Position numbers and translations under genes: made by a program
Notes under the pieces: generated by a model
Database searches by the model: none
Seen by the model: only the letters and a program-made list of their open reading frames with translations
What the model was told of the DNA's origin: nothing
Virus record (IMG/VR): IMGVR_UViG_3300021255_002694
Source: a virus
Taxonomy: Duplodnaviria; Caudoviricetes
DNA: 64,000 nucleotides
Strand: one strand, 5' to 3'
Shown here: positions 9,777 to 19,154 of the stretch, in pieces
Numbering within the stretch: the first letter of the stretch is position 1
Layout: each line of letters starts with the position of its first letter

Positions 9777-10649
9777 TTGCTAGAACTCAATAAAATATAT
9801 TGCACAGATTGTGTAAGCGGTATGCGAAAACTTGATAATTGTTGTATTGACCTTATAGTAACATCTCCACCATATGACTCTTTAAGAACATACAATGGGT
9901 TTAATTTTGATGAATCCTATCAAATTCAAGTAATAAACCAAATATTCAGGGTATTAAAAGATGGCGGTGTTGCTGTTTGGGTTGTTGGTGATGGAACTGT
10001 TGATGGTAGCGAAACTGGAACATCGTTCAAGCAAGCGTTAAAATTTATGGACATTGGGTTTAAGTTACATGACACAATGATATATCAAAAACATAATCCA
10101 ACACCGAATACAGGAAACGGTATTAGGTATCAGCAGAGTTTTGAGTACATGTTTGTATTCTCAAAAGGAAAGCCGAAAACAGTTCACTTATTACAGGAGC
10201 CAAGGCGAAATGAATGCGGAGATAGAAGAACCGTTAGAATGATTCGTAGGCAGAGGAATGTTGACGGTGAATTTGAGGAAGAACGTAAGTATGAGATAAA
10301 ACAAGTTGTTCCAAGATCAAATATATGGAATTACAAGGTTGGACTATATAACACAACATGTGATAAAGTTGCATTTAAGCATCCGGCAATATTTCCAGAG
10401 CAACTTGCCATTGATCATATACTATCGTGGTCAGATGAAAATGATATTATTCTTGATCCATTCATGGGTAGTGGGACAGTAGCAAAAGCATGTATGGTAA
10501 CGAATAGAAACTACATTGGATTTGAAGTAAGTTCAGAATATTGTGATATAGCATCCGATAGATTAAAAAATTTTAGTGCAGAATCATATGGTATACATAT
10601 TGATGATAAATCAAACAATAGGTTTGATGGAATGACAAAGCTGTTCTGA
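9777..10649 (+). CDS. beta-class (SPPY) N4-C/N6-A DNA methyltransferase (ends TKLF)
   Basis: TSPPY, HPAIFP, LDPFMGSGT. Confidence 0.9.
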   Translation: MLELNKIYCTDCVSGMRKLDNCCIDLIVTSPPYDSLRTYNGFNFDESYQIQVINQIFRVLKDGGVAVWVVGDGTVDGSETGTSFKQALKFMDIGFKLHDTMIYQKHNPTPNTGNGIRYQQSFEYMFVFSKGKPKTVHLLQEPRRNECGDRRTVRMIRRQRNVDGEFEEERKYEIKQVVPRSNIWNYKVGLYNTTCDKVAFKHPAIFPEQLAIDHILSWSDENDIILDPFMGSGTVAKACMVTNRNYIGFEVSSEYCDIASDRLKNFSAESYGIHIDDKSNNRFDGMTKLF

Positions 10650-10695
10650 TATGTAATACTTTTGTGGAAAATATGTGAAAAAAGAGGTTGTTCTA

Positions 10696-11442
10696 ATGAA
10701 TATATTGATTGCGTGTGAAGAGTCGCAGAAAGTATGTTCTGAATTCAGAAAACTAGGACATGTAGCATATTCGTGTGATATTCAAGAACCATCGGGAGGA
10801 CATCCAGAGTGGCATATATTGGGAGATGCATTAGAAATTTTGAACACAACAACCGATGGAGTTGTATTTAATACAATGGACGGGAAATCACACCATATTC
10901 CGAAATGGGATTTGTTGATTGCGCATCCACCGTGTACATATCTCTCGAACGCAGGAGCTTGTCGGCTTTATCCACACAAAGGAGAGTTGAATCTGGAGCG
11001 GTATGAAAAGGGACTTAATGCAAAGGAATTCTTTATGAAATTCTACAATGCAGACATTGAACACATTGCGGTTGAGAATCCTATCCCATCAAAAGTGTTT
11101 GAACTGCCAAACTGTACGCAAATTATTCAGCCTTATGAGTACGGTCATCCGTATACAAAGAAAACGTGCTTATGGTTGAAGGGACTTCCGAAACTTAAAC
11201 CGACAGATATTGTGGAGCCAATAGGTCCGTGGGTATGCGGCAATGTACAGATTTGGAAAAAGCAAGCTGCAAAAGGTACAGTAATTGGCAAGGAAAAGGA
11301 TGCAAAACATAGATCAAAGACATTTGATGGGATTGCCAAAGCAATGGCTACTCAATGGTCGAATTTTTGTGAATTATCAAAAGATCAGCAGAAGCAAATT
11401 TTATGTAAAATATATAATAACAATTATAAAAGATTGTTCTGA
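10696..11442 (+). CDS. phage-type C5 cytosine DNA methyltransferase (ends KRLF)
   Basis: NILIACEESQ, SCDI, WDLLIAHPPCTYLS, IAVENP, RSKTFDGIAKAMATQW. Confidence 0.8.
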   Translation: MNILIACEESQKVCSEFRKLGHVAYSCDIQEPSGGHPEWHILGDALEILNTTTDGVVFNTMDGKSHHIPKWDLLIAHPPCTYLSNAGACRLYPHKGELNLERYEKGLNAKEFFMKFYNADIEHIAVENPIPSKVFELPNCTQIIQPYEYGHPYTKKTCLWLKGLPKLKPTDIVEPIGPWVCGNVQIWKKQAAKGTVIGKEKDAKHRSKTFDGIAKAMATQWSNFCELSKDQQKQILCKIYNNNYKRLF

Positions 11443-11452
11443 GGTGTAAAGA

Positions 11453-12211
11453 ATGTCAAATCTATACAATATTGATTGCGTTGATTTCATGTCTGATGCA
11501 TTAGATAGGCATGTGAAATATGATTACTGTATTACATCTCCACCATATAATATGAATTTAAGGGTTCGTGATGGTAAGTATATTTCAAGATCACCTATGC
11601 AAACAAACTATAATGAGTTTTCAAAGAAGTATAATAATTATGGTGATGATTTGACAATGGAAGAATACTTCAACTTCTTGGATTTGGTTATAGAGAAATT
11701 GTTAAAACTGTGTAAAATAACATTTTTCAATATACAGATGATAACAGGTAATAAGATTGCACTTATGCAAATACTCGGAAAATATGCAGATAATATAAAA
11801 GATATTATTATATGGGATAAATGCACCGCGCAACCAGCAATGCATGAAAATATACTGAATAGTCAGTTTGAGTTTATTATCGTATTTGATTCAGAGAAAC
11901 CTTATAACAGAGCATTTGATTACTCAAATTTTGATCGCGGTACAGAAACAAATGTGTGGAGAATACAAAGACAGACGAATAAATATAACAAAGCATCTTT
12001 TCCGGAAGAACTTGTTTTAAGGATAATTAAAGATTTTACCAAAGATGGCGAAACTGTATTTGATCCATTTATGGGTTCAGGAACAACCGGAATTGTTTGT
12101 TCAAAGATGAATAGAAATTTTGTCGGATGCGAACTTGATACAAATATGTTTGAAATTGCAAAGAATAGAATAGAGAATCAAGAAAAAATTAGTAAGTCGA
12201 GGTTATTCTAA
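11453..12211 (+). CDS. beta-class (SPPY) DNA methyltransferase (ends SRLF)
   Basis: ITSPPYN, FDPFMGSGTTG. Confidence 0.9.
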   Translation: MSNLYNIDCVDFMSDALDRHVKYDYCITSPPYNMNLRVRDGKYISRSPMQTNYNEFSKKYNNYGDDLTMEEYFNFLDLVIEKLLKLCKITFFNIQMITGNKIALMQILGKYADNIKDIIIWDKCTAQPAMHENILNSQFEFIIVFDSEKPYNRAFDYSNFDRGTETNVWRIQRQTNKYNKASFPEELVLRIIKDFTKDGETVFDPFMGSGTTGIVCSKMNRNFVGCELDTNMFEIAKNRIENQEKISKSRLF

Positions 12212-12212
12212 A

Positions 12213-13028
12213 ATGAGTGTTCAGCTATACAATGATGATTGTATAAACGTACTTAGAAACATGGATGGCTGTACAGTAGACTTGACAGTTACATCACCAC
12301 CGTATGATAATTTAAGAGAATATAACGGAAACATAAGTAACTGGAATTTTGATAAGTTTAAGTTGGTTGCCAATGAACTTTATAGAGTTACGCGAAATGG
12401 CGGAGTTGTTGTCTGGATAATCTCTGATGCAACTATAGATGGAACAGAAACAGGAACTTCATTTAATCATGCTCTGTATTTTAAGAGTATTGGTTTTAAT
12501 CTACATGATACAATGATCTGGCACAAACCAAATCCAATGCCGAGAGATACAAGAATACCTAGATACTGGCAGTCGTTTGAGTACATGTTTATATTGTCAA
12601 AAGGCAAACCTGATCATTTTACATTTCTAATGGAAGATTCAAAACATGCCGGAAAATCATCTGTATTTCATCAAAGAAATCCAGACGGTAGCATGAGAGA
12701 TGATAGGAAAATAGTTACATCTAATAATGTGTGCAAGGAAAAGAAGCCACTTGGAAATGTTTGGTCTATAAACACAATAGCGTCAAATAGCGAGAAAACA
12801 GGGCATCCTGCACAATTTCCGGTACAACTAGCGCAAGATCATGTTGTATCTTGGTCTTATGAAAATGATGTTGTTTTGGATTGTTTTATGGGTTCTGGAA
12901 CAACAGGTGTTGCTTGTGTAAAAACAAAAAGAAATTTCATTGGAATTGAACTAGATGAATCATATTTTAATATAGCAAAGGATAGAATATGTCAAGAGGA
13001 AAAACAGCTAAAGTCAAAATTATTTTGA
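12213..13028 (+). CDS. beta-class (SPPY) DNA methyltransferase, paralog of 9777..10649 (ends SKLF)
   Basis: TSPPY, ETGTSF, HPAQFP, LDCFMGSGTTG. Confidence 0.9.
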   Translation: MSVQLYNDDCINVLRNMDGCTVDLTVTSPPYDNLREYNGNISNWNFDKFKLVANELYRVTRNGGVVVWIISDATIDGTETGTSFNHALYFKSIGFNLHDTMIWHKPNPMPRDTRIPRYWQSFEYMFILSKGKPDHFTFLMEDSKHAGKSSVFHQRNPDGSMRDDRKIVTSNNVCKEKKPLGNVWSINTIASNSEKTGHPAQFPVQLAQDHVVSWSYENDVVLDCFMGSGTTGVACVKTKRNFIGIELDESYFNIAKDRICQEEKQLKSKLF

Positions 13029-13042
13029 GGTGAATTATATAA

Positions 13043-14644
13043 ATGTTTAAAATTATAAATGGAAATATGCTAGAAGAATTAGATAAAATGGAAGAAAATA
13101 GCGTTGGTAGTATTGTAACTGATCCACCATATGAAATCAATTTTATGAATAATGGTTGGGATAATGCCGGAGTTGCATTTTCTGCTGAGACATGGAAGAA
13201 GTGTCTAAGAGTTCTAAAGCCTGGTGGTTATCTTTTATCATTTGCCGCAGCAAGAACTCAGCATAGAATCGCATGTGCTATTGAAGATGCTGGATTTGAG
13301 ATAAGAGATACTATTATGTGGCTTTATGGTAGTGGGTTTCCTAAATCAATGGATATATCTAAACAGCTAGATAAGCGTGGAGCAAATAATACAAGCACAA
13401 TATGCGATATTATTCATAACAGACGAGTTGAATTAGGTTTAACTCTAAAAGACATTGACGAGTATGTTGGAACAAATGGTATGGCATTGCATTGGGAAAA
13501 CGGTAGAAGGGGTATAACTCCTGAAAATTTTAATAAGCTAATCAAATTATTGAAAATAGATGCTGATGAAGCATTTAGTGCTTGCAGAGATATAGTAGGA
13601 CAAGTAGAAAAAACTGAGAGTTACCGATACAAAAACAACAATGTGTATCAAACAAACGGTAATGAGGACAAGGTGTTGTTAGATATAACAGTGCCAAAGA
13701 CAGACTTAGCAAAACATTGGGAAGGATATGGAACATCTTTAAAGCCTGCGTATGAACCTATTATAGTAGCAAGAAAACCTCTGTGCGGTACAGTTGCAGA
13801 TAATGTTATGACATACGGTGTTGGTGGAATTAACATTGATGAATGTCGTATCCCGTTTGAAACAACTCCGAATCCGGCAACTAATCCTCTATATCGTTTG
13901 CAGAATGGATACAAGACAACAGCAAATGCGAACACAGGAGATGGTGTTGTGTCTTTTGGAACAAGCCATAATGAAACAAACCCATCTGGAAGATTTCCTG
14001 CAAATGTAATTCTTACCTATGATGATTCTGATTTTGATGAGGTTTGCGGTGGTTTTCCAGACACAAAAAGCGGAAAGGCTGTTCGTCATAATTCTGGTGG
14101 ATGTACTTTCGGCGGAGATAAGAAGAAACCGCCAATGGAAGATTTAGGCTACGATGACGGTGGAGGATCTGCCGCAAGATATTTTTATTGTGCAAAGGCA
14201 TCTAAGCGTGATCGTGATGAGGGGTTAGATGATCTACCTACAAAGCAAGCTGTAGGTGGTGGCGGTGGAATTGGTGATTATGTAGATGATGTAAACAGTT
14301 GTTCTGGAAAATTTGGAAGTGAAAAAGCACCACATAAAAACTTTCATCCAACCGTAAAACCAACGTCTCTTGTTCAGTATTTAGTGCGTCTTGTAACTCC
14401 AAAAGGTGAAACTGTGCTTGATCCTTTTATGGGTAGCGGATCAACTGGAAAAGCTGTTGCGTATGAGAACAATGATCGTAATGCAGATTATAGCTTTATC
14501 GGAATAGAATTGAATCCTGAATACTGTGATATTGCACAAAGACGAATTGAGTTTGCTGAAAAAGATAAGACACATCTAACAGAACCTAAACAAAAGAAAT
14601 CTAAACCTGATGAAACAGTAAAGAAACAGAGCAAGTTATTTTGA
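13043..14644 (+). CDS. beta-class (DPPY) DNA methyltransferase with inserted XRE-type HTH (ends SKLF)
   Basis: VTDPPY, GFPKS, RRVELGLTLKDIDEYVG..LHWENG (HTH), HPTVKP, LDPFMGSGSTG. Confidence 0.9.
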   Translation: MFKIINGNMLEELDKMEENSVGSIVTDPPYEINFMNNGWDNAGVAFSAETWKKCLRVLKPGGYLLSFAAARTQHRIACAIEDAGFEIRDTIMWLYGSGFPKSMDISKQLDKRGANNTSTICDIIHNRRVELGLTLKDIDEYVGTNGMALHWENGRRGITPENFNKLIKLLKIDADEAFSACRDIVGQVEKTESYRYKNNNVYQTNGNEDKVLLDITVPKTDLAKHWEGYGTSLKPAYEPIIVARKPLCGTVADNVMTYGVGGINIDECRIPFETTPNPATNPLYRLQNGYKTTANANTGDGVVSFGTSHNETNPSGRFPANVILTYDDSDFDEVCGGFPDTKSGKAVRHNSGGCTFGGDKKKPPMEDLGYDDGGGSAARYFYCAKASKRDRDEGLDDLPTKQAVGGGGGIGDYVDDVNSCSGKFGSEKAPHKNFHPTVKPTSLVQYLVRLVTPKGETVLDPFMGSGSTGKAVAYENNDRNADYSFIGIELNPEYCDIAQRRIEFAEKDKTHLTEPKQKKSKPDETVKKQSKLF

Positions 14645-14655
14645 GGTGATCTGAA

Positions 14656-15549
14656 ATGGACTACATAAGAAGTCCCATGAACTATACCGGAGGTAAGTAT
14701 AAACTGTTAAATACAATTATTCCAGCTTTTCCAGAAAAGATTGATAATTTTGTTGATCTTTTCTGCGGCGGATTAAACGTAGGGATAAATGTAAATGCTA
14801 ATACAATATATGCAAATGATCAAATAAATTATATAATTGATCTATATAAGTATTTTAAACAAACAGATACTAAAGAACTTATTGATCTGATATGTAATAG
14901 AATAAAACAGTTTAACTTGTCACCGGATAATAAAGATGCATATTTGCAGTTAAGAGATCACTACAATAAAGATAAAGATATACTTGATCTTTTTATCTTA
15001 ACATGTTTCTCATATAATCATCAAATAAGGTTTAACAGTAAGCATGAGTTTAATACTTCATTTGGAATGAGAAGCTATAATGACCAGATTGAACAAAATC
15101 TGATTGAATTCTGCAATGCGCTGAGATCGAAAAATTTTGTATTTTCAACAAATGATTTTAGAGACTTTGATTTTTCAGTTTTGCATTCAGGCGATCTTGT
15201 TTACTGTGATCCGCCGTATTCAATATCAACAGCCGCATATAATGATGGTAAACGTGGGTTTAACGGATGGTCTGAAAAAGATGACATTGATTTGTTTGAT
15301 ATTCTTGATTCACTATCTGCAAAAGGAATATTGTTTGCATTATCAGATGTAACAAAGCATAAAGGAATGACAAACGAATCTCTTGTGAAATGGGCGGAAA
15401 AATATAATACGGTTTATATTTATACAGACTACTCAGGAGCAAGTTGTAATCTGAAAGATAGATATTGTGATACACAAGAAGTTCTAATTACAAACTATGC
15501 TGTTTCTGTTTTTAATGATGATACTGTTAGATCAAAGAAATTGTTTTGA
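14656..15549 (+). CDS. Dam/D12-class N6-adenine DNA methyltransferase (ends KKLF)
   Basis: SPMNYTGGKYKL, FVDLFCGG, VYCDPPY, EVLITNY. Confidence 0.92.
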   Translation: MDYIRSPMNYTGGKYKLLNTIIPAFPEKIDNFVDLFCGGLNVGINVNANTIYANDQINYIIDLYKYFKQTDTKELIDLICNRIKQFNLSPDNKDAYLQLRDHYNKDKDILDLFILTCFSYNHQIRFNSKHEFNTSFGMRSYNDQIEQNLIEFCNALRSKNFVFSTNDFRDFDFSVLHSGDLVYCDPPYSISTAAYNDGKRGFNGWSEKDDIDLFDILDSLSAKGILFALSDVTKHKGMTNESLVKWAEKYNTVYIYTDYSGASCNLKDRYCDTQEVLITNYAVSVFNDDTVRSKKLF

Positions 15550-15561
15550 GGTGGTAAACAA

Positions 15562-16179
15562 ATGTTGTTTGAATTAAACAATTTATATAATATAGATTGC
15601 ATGGTTGCCTTAAAAGATTTTCCAGATAACTATTTTGATATTGCTATTGTTGATCCGCCTTATGGACTTCCAGAAGAATCTACACATCACAGAGGATTCT
15701 TAAAAGATCGGATATTAAACGCAGATGATATACATGAGTGGGATGTTGCTCCAACAAAAGAATATTTTGATGAATTATTTAGAGTTAGTAAGAATCAGAT
15801 AATTTGGGGCGGTCAGCATTTTGATCTTCCGCCTACAAGATGTGTTGTATGTTGGGATAAATGTCAGCCTTGGGAAAACTTCTCTCAGGTTGAAATTGCA
15901 TGGACTTCATACAATAAACCTGAGAAGTTGTTTCGATTTGATAACAGAACAACGAAGAAAGTTCATCCGACACAGAAGCCTGTTGAATTATATGCATATC
16001 TTCTAAACACATTTGCGAAAAAAGGAATGAAGATACTTGATACACATGTTGGAAGTGGATCAAGTATCATTGCATGTAAGCAATTTGGGTGTGATTTTAT
16101 TGGATTTGAGATCAATAAAAAATACTTCAATATAGCTATGGATAGAATATCTAAATCTATAGAGAAGAAATTGTTTTGA
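15562..16179 (+). CDS. small beta-class (DPPY) DNA methyltransferase (ends KKLF)
   Basis: IVDPPYG, VSKNQIIWGG, HPTQKPVELY, LDTHVGSGS. Confidence 0.9.
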   Translation: MLFELNNLYNIDCMVALKDFPDNYFDIAIVDPPYGLPEESTHHRGFLKDRILNADDIHEWDVAPTKEYFDELFRVSKNQIIWGGQHFDLPPTRCVVCWDKCQPWENFSQVEIAWTSYNKPEKLFRFDNRTTKKVHPTQKPVELYAYLLNTFAKKGMKILDTHVGSGSSIIACKQFGCDFIGFEINKKYFNIAMDRISKSIEKKLF

Positions 16180-16189
16180 GGTGTACGGA

Positions 16190-17080
16190 ATGAATAAATG
16201 TCTTGTAAAATGGTCAGGATCAAAAAGAATACAAGCAAGCAGAATAGTTGATCTATTTCCAGATGAAATTGATACATATTACGAACCGTTTATGGGTGGA
16301 GCTTCAGTTCTAATTGAATTACTATTAAGATCAGATAAAGCAGTAAATAATTACATTGCATCTGATTTGAATGCTCATGTTGTTAGTCTGTTCAACCTTA
16401 TTAAATATAATCCGAGCAAATTGATTGAATCATATGAGGAAAATTGGAAGTATATGAACAGTGAACAAGATGGTAAAAATGACAGATACCTTGAAATACG
16501 TGATAGATTCAACGAAAACTTTTCACCAGAAGATTTCTACTTTTTAACAAAAACATGCTATACAGGTCTAATTAGATTTAACAGAAAAGGTCAATTTAAT
16601 GTTGGTTATCATTTCGGGCGAAGCGGCGAAAAACCGGATAGTGTTTCTGAATCAGTGCGTTTTTATTCTGATCTATTAAATAGGAAAAATGTTATTTTTA
16701 AGTGTAAAAGTTACAGTGAGATAAATCCGAATGTTGATGATTTTGTTTATTTCGATCCACCATACGATAATACAAAACAAACAATGTATCTAGGTGGATT
16801 TGAAAAAGATAAGTTCTTTGATTTCTGTAGATCACTTAGCTGTAAGTATGCAATTTCATATGATGGTGGAGTAGTTGGAGAATCAGCAAGTGCATCAATA
16901 CCGAGTGACATATTTAAAGAAGCTGTTGCTATTGATGCAATGAGAAATATGCGTCAAACTTTTAAGAGTGATAAATATAAAACAGAAATAACAAGCAAAA
17001 CTCTACAAAGATTTGAAATGCTTTATCTTAACTATGAACCACATAATACAGCAAAGCTAGTCTCACATAAATTATTTTAA
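16190..17080 (+). CDS. Dam/D12-class N6-adenine DNA methyltransferase (ends HKLF)
   Basis: KWSGSKR, YYEPFMGGASV, RFNRKGQFNV, YFDPPY; GAGGTG RBS overlaps the previous stop. Confidence 0.9.
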   Translation: MNKCLVKWSGSKRIQASRIVDLFPDEIDTYYEPFMGGASVLIELLLRSDKAVNNYIASDLNAHVVSLFNLIKYNPSKLIESYEENWKYMNSEQDGKNDRYLEIRDRFNENFSPEDFYFLTKTCYTGLIRFNRKGQFNVGYHFGRSGEKPDSVSESVRFYSDLLNRKNVIFKCKSYSEINPNVDDFVYFDPPYDNTKQTMYLGGFEKDKFFDFCRSLSCKYAISYDGGVVGESASASIPSDIFKEAVAIDAMRNMRQTFKSDKYKTEITSKTLQRFEMLYLNYEPHNTAKLVSHKLF

Positions 17081-17134
17081 TGTTCTTTACAGATATGGAT
17101 TTTATAAACATATAAACATAAAAAGAATAATAAT

Positions 17135-17204
17135 AAAAACTATAATTCATGTGATCAGCTTATTGCTGAGTTTACGTGAATTATAGTTTTTATATTAGAA
17201 AGGA
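17135..17204 (+). promoter_or_regulatory. putative late-gene leader 2
   Basis: AAAAACTATAATTCATGTGA..TCAGC/GCTGA..TTTACGTGAATTATAGTTTTT hairpin, then GAAAGGA. Confidence 0.65.
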
Positions 17205-17215
17205 CTTGATTGTAT

Positions 17216-17506
17216 ATGGTAAAGAAATTAAATAATATTAGAAGATCAAGCAAGAGATCAATTAAAGAGAATTTGTCTGAGAAAGATCAGTTAGACAATC
17301 TTCAATATGTATTTGATCATCTATTAGAAGCATGGGGTGAGTTTTCTGACGTTGTGTTGAGTGCAGATATTGATAATGATTTGCTTGACGAAATTATAAC
17401 TGAAGATTATCCGTTTGATCGTAGCTTTGAAGAAGTTGATATTGATGTGTATAACTGGCTTGATGATTGCGCAAGTAGAATTCGTAATAAAAAGTGGAAC
17501 CTATAA
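17216..17506 (+). CDS. acidic protein with basic leader ending IKEN, candidate internal head protein
   Basis: MVKKLNNIRRSSKRSIKENL followed by a D/E-rich body. Confidence 0.75.
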   Translation: MVKKLNNIRRSSKRSIKENLSEKDQLDNLQYVFDHLLEAWGEFSDVVLSADIDNDLLDEIITEDYPFDRSFEEVDIDVYNWLDDCASRIRNKKWNL

Positions 17507-17560
17507 TATGTTAAGTCCAGTATACTGTTAAAAATACAGAAAATAATACTTGATTTATTC

Positions 17561-17646
17561 AAAAGAAAAACAACACCATTTCACTATATACGTGTAATCA
17601 ACATAACGATTACACGTATATATAATATAGTTTTATTAAGAAAGGA
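17561..17646 (+). promoter_or_regulatory. putative late-gene leader 3
   Basis: A-tract, ACTATA, perfect 15-bp inverted repeat TATATACGTGTAATC / GATTACACGTATATA, TTTT, GAAAGGA. Confidence 0.65.
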
Positions 17647-17657
17647 TGCTATAAATT

Positions 17658-18089
17658 ATGGTTAGAAGATTAAGAGAAAGTCGTGGAGACTTTGAAGATT
17701 ATAAGTTGCTTGTAAACGGAATGGGTTGGGCTACAGTTTATGTTGATGATTATGAGCAAGGCAAAGGTAAATTTGTACATGATTGGGATTTCGATGTAAG
17801 AGGTACATATGATTCCATAGAAAGTCTTATTGCAGAAGTATCATCTACATGTGGATGTGGCTCTACAGATGTTAAAGACTGGGGTTTAATGGTCGATAAT
17901 GGAACAATAACTACTAACTGTTTAGTTGATGAAGATGATCTTGAAGCTGATCAAAGACAAATAGAGAAGTGGAAACGTGGCGAATATACTCTTTATATTT
18001 GTGATATAATGGTTCCAATTCAAATTGTTACCGATCCTAGAGATGTAACAGAAGAAGATGCAAATTTGATTGGCATTCAAGTTTGGTAA
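17658..18089 (+). CDS. acidic protein with MVRRLRES leader, candidate internal head protein
   Basis: LRES motif; acidic body. Confidence 0.75.
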   Translation: MVRRLRESRGDFEDYKLLVNGMGWATVYVDDYEQGKGKFVHDWDFDVRGTYDSIESLIAEVSSTCGCGSTDVKDWGLMVDNGTITTNCLVDEDDLEADQRQIEKWKRGEYTLYICDIMVPIQIVTDPRDVTEEDANLIGIQVW

Positions 18090-18117
18090 TTTACAAATTT
18101 TATTACGCTTTGATATC

Positions 18118-18193
18118 AAAAAAAAACACAACTTCACTATATTCATGTAATCGTTAGATTGGTTACATGGATATAGTTTTTTTGTAGAAAGGA
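18118..18193 (+). promoter_or_regulatory. putative late-gene leader 4
   Basis: A-tract, ACTATATTCATGTAATCG / TGGTTACATGGATATAGT hairpin (18136-18177), T-run, GAAAGGA. Confidence 0.65.
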
Positions 18194-18203
18194 TGATATT
18201 ATT

Positions 18204-18638
18204 ATGACTAGAGAAGAAAGATTAGAAGAGTGGCTAAATAATCTATCTGATGGTGATTTAATTGCTATTTGGAATGAATTTATGTATGATGATTCAATAT
18301 GGAGTAATGATGATTACACATTAAATGAATTTTTTAGTGAGTATGAACCATATGAAATTCTATGTAGAACTTTTTATGGAGAGTATAATCTAAGTCATGA
18401 TTGGTTCTATGTAAATGCATACGGAAACCTTGTTAGTTTTAATAATCCAAAGAGCGATATATCTCCAATTTATATACCGGAACTTGCAGAGCAGATTATT
18501 GATAGTGACAACGATAATGGCTATGATGAAATAAGAGATATTCTTGATAGTGAAGATGATTTTGGTGAATCCATAAATAGAAGAAATAGACGCAGATCAA
18601 GAAGATCGGAGTCCATTAGAAGAAATAGAAGAAAGTAA
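18204..18638 (+). CDS. acidic protein with Arg-rich C-terminal tail
   Basis: Acidic body, then FGESINRRNRRRSRRSESIRRNRRK*. Confidence 0.75.
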   Translation: MTREERLEEWLNNLSDGDLIAIWNEFMYDDSIWSNDDYTLNEFFSEYEPYEILCRTFYGEYNLSHDWFYVNAYGNLVSFNNPKSDISPIYIPELAEQIIDSDNDNGYDEIRDILDSEDDFGESINRRNRRRSRRSESIRRNRRK

Positions 18639-18660
18639 TCAATCATTGTTAATATTTCAC

Positions 18661-18691
18661 AAAAACCACTCAATATATTTGGGTGGTTTTT
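18661..18691 (+). terminator. intrinsic terminator
   Basis: AAAAACCACTCAA / TTGGGTGGTTTTT. Confidence 0.8.
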
Positions 18692-18705
18692 GTTTACCAA
18701 AACAC

Positions 18706-18743
18706 TTGACAAACTAATATAAATATGGTATACTATATTTACA
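18706..18743 (+). promoter_or_regulatory. early promoter
   Basis: TTGACA-17-TATACT followed by ATATTTACA. Confidence 0.88.
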
Positions 18744-18778
18744 AGATAAGTTATTCGATCCGAAGTGAGGTAATTACT

Positions 18779-19150
18779 ATGACAAAGCCGTTTATTCTTG
18801 AAATCGAATGGAAATCTGGTCATGTAAAGAGAATCAACTATTCTACTGCTGAAAATGCAAAGAAAGCATATCACAAGATTCTCAATAGATATTCCTCTAA
18901 TAAGTCTAATATCAGACGTTATACTATTTATGATAAAGACAACAATGTAGTTGACAGCGGCTTGAATAGAGATTATTTTGAATCTTGTCTGAATATGTAT
19001 CCAAGAAAAATCTTTTACAGATGCACATTCACTGATCCTCTCGGTAGAACACACGAAAGAATGGATGTGTATGTCGCCGGAGATGAAGAAGATTATGAAA
19101 AGGCAATTAAAGCACTTTCTGTTCCGGAAGTTGAAGTTCTGAAAGGATAA
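18779..19150 (+). CDS. hypothetical protein
   Basis: GTGAGGT RBS before ATG 18779. Confidence 0.7.
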   Translation: MTKPFILEIEWKSGHVKRINYSTAENAKKAYHKILNRYSSNKSNIRRYTIYDKDNNVVDSGLNRDYFESCLNMYPRKIFYRCTFTDPLGRTHERMDVYVAGDEEDYEKAIKALSVPEVEVLKG

Positions 19151-19154
19151 TATT

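Noticed and set aside
8440-17080. KLF tail as a DNA-level recombination site (integron attC-like cassette array)
   Set aside because: Only the amino acids are conserved. Codons and stops vary, there are no palindromic intergenic sites and no integrase is nearby. The recurring TGAGGTG is a stop overlapping the next RBS and is also seen at untagged genes.
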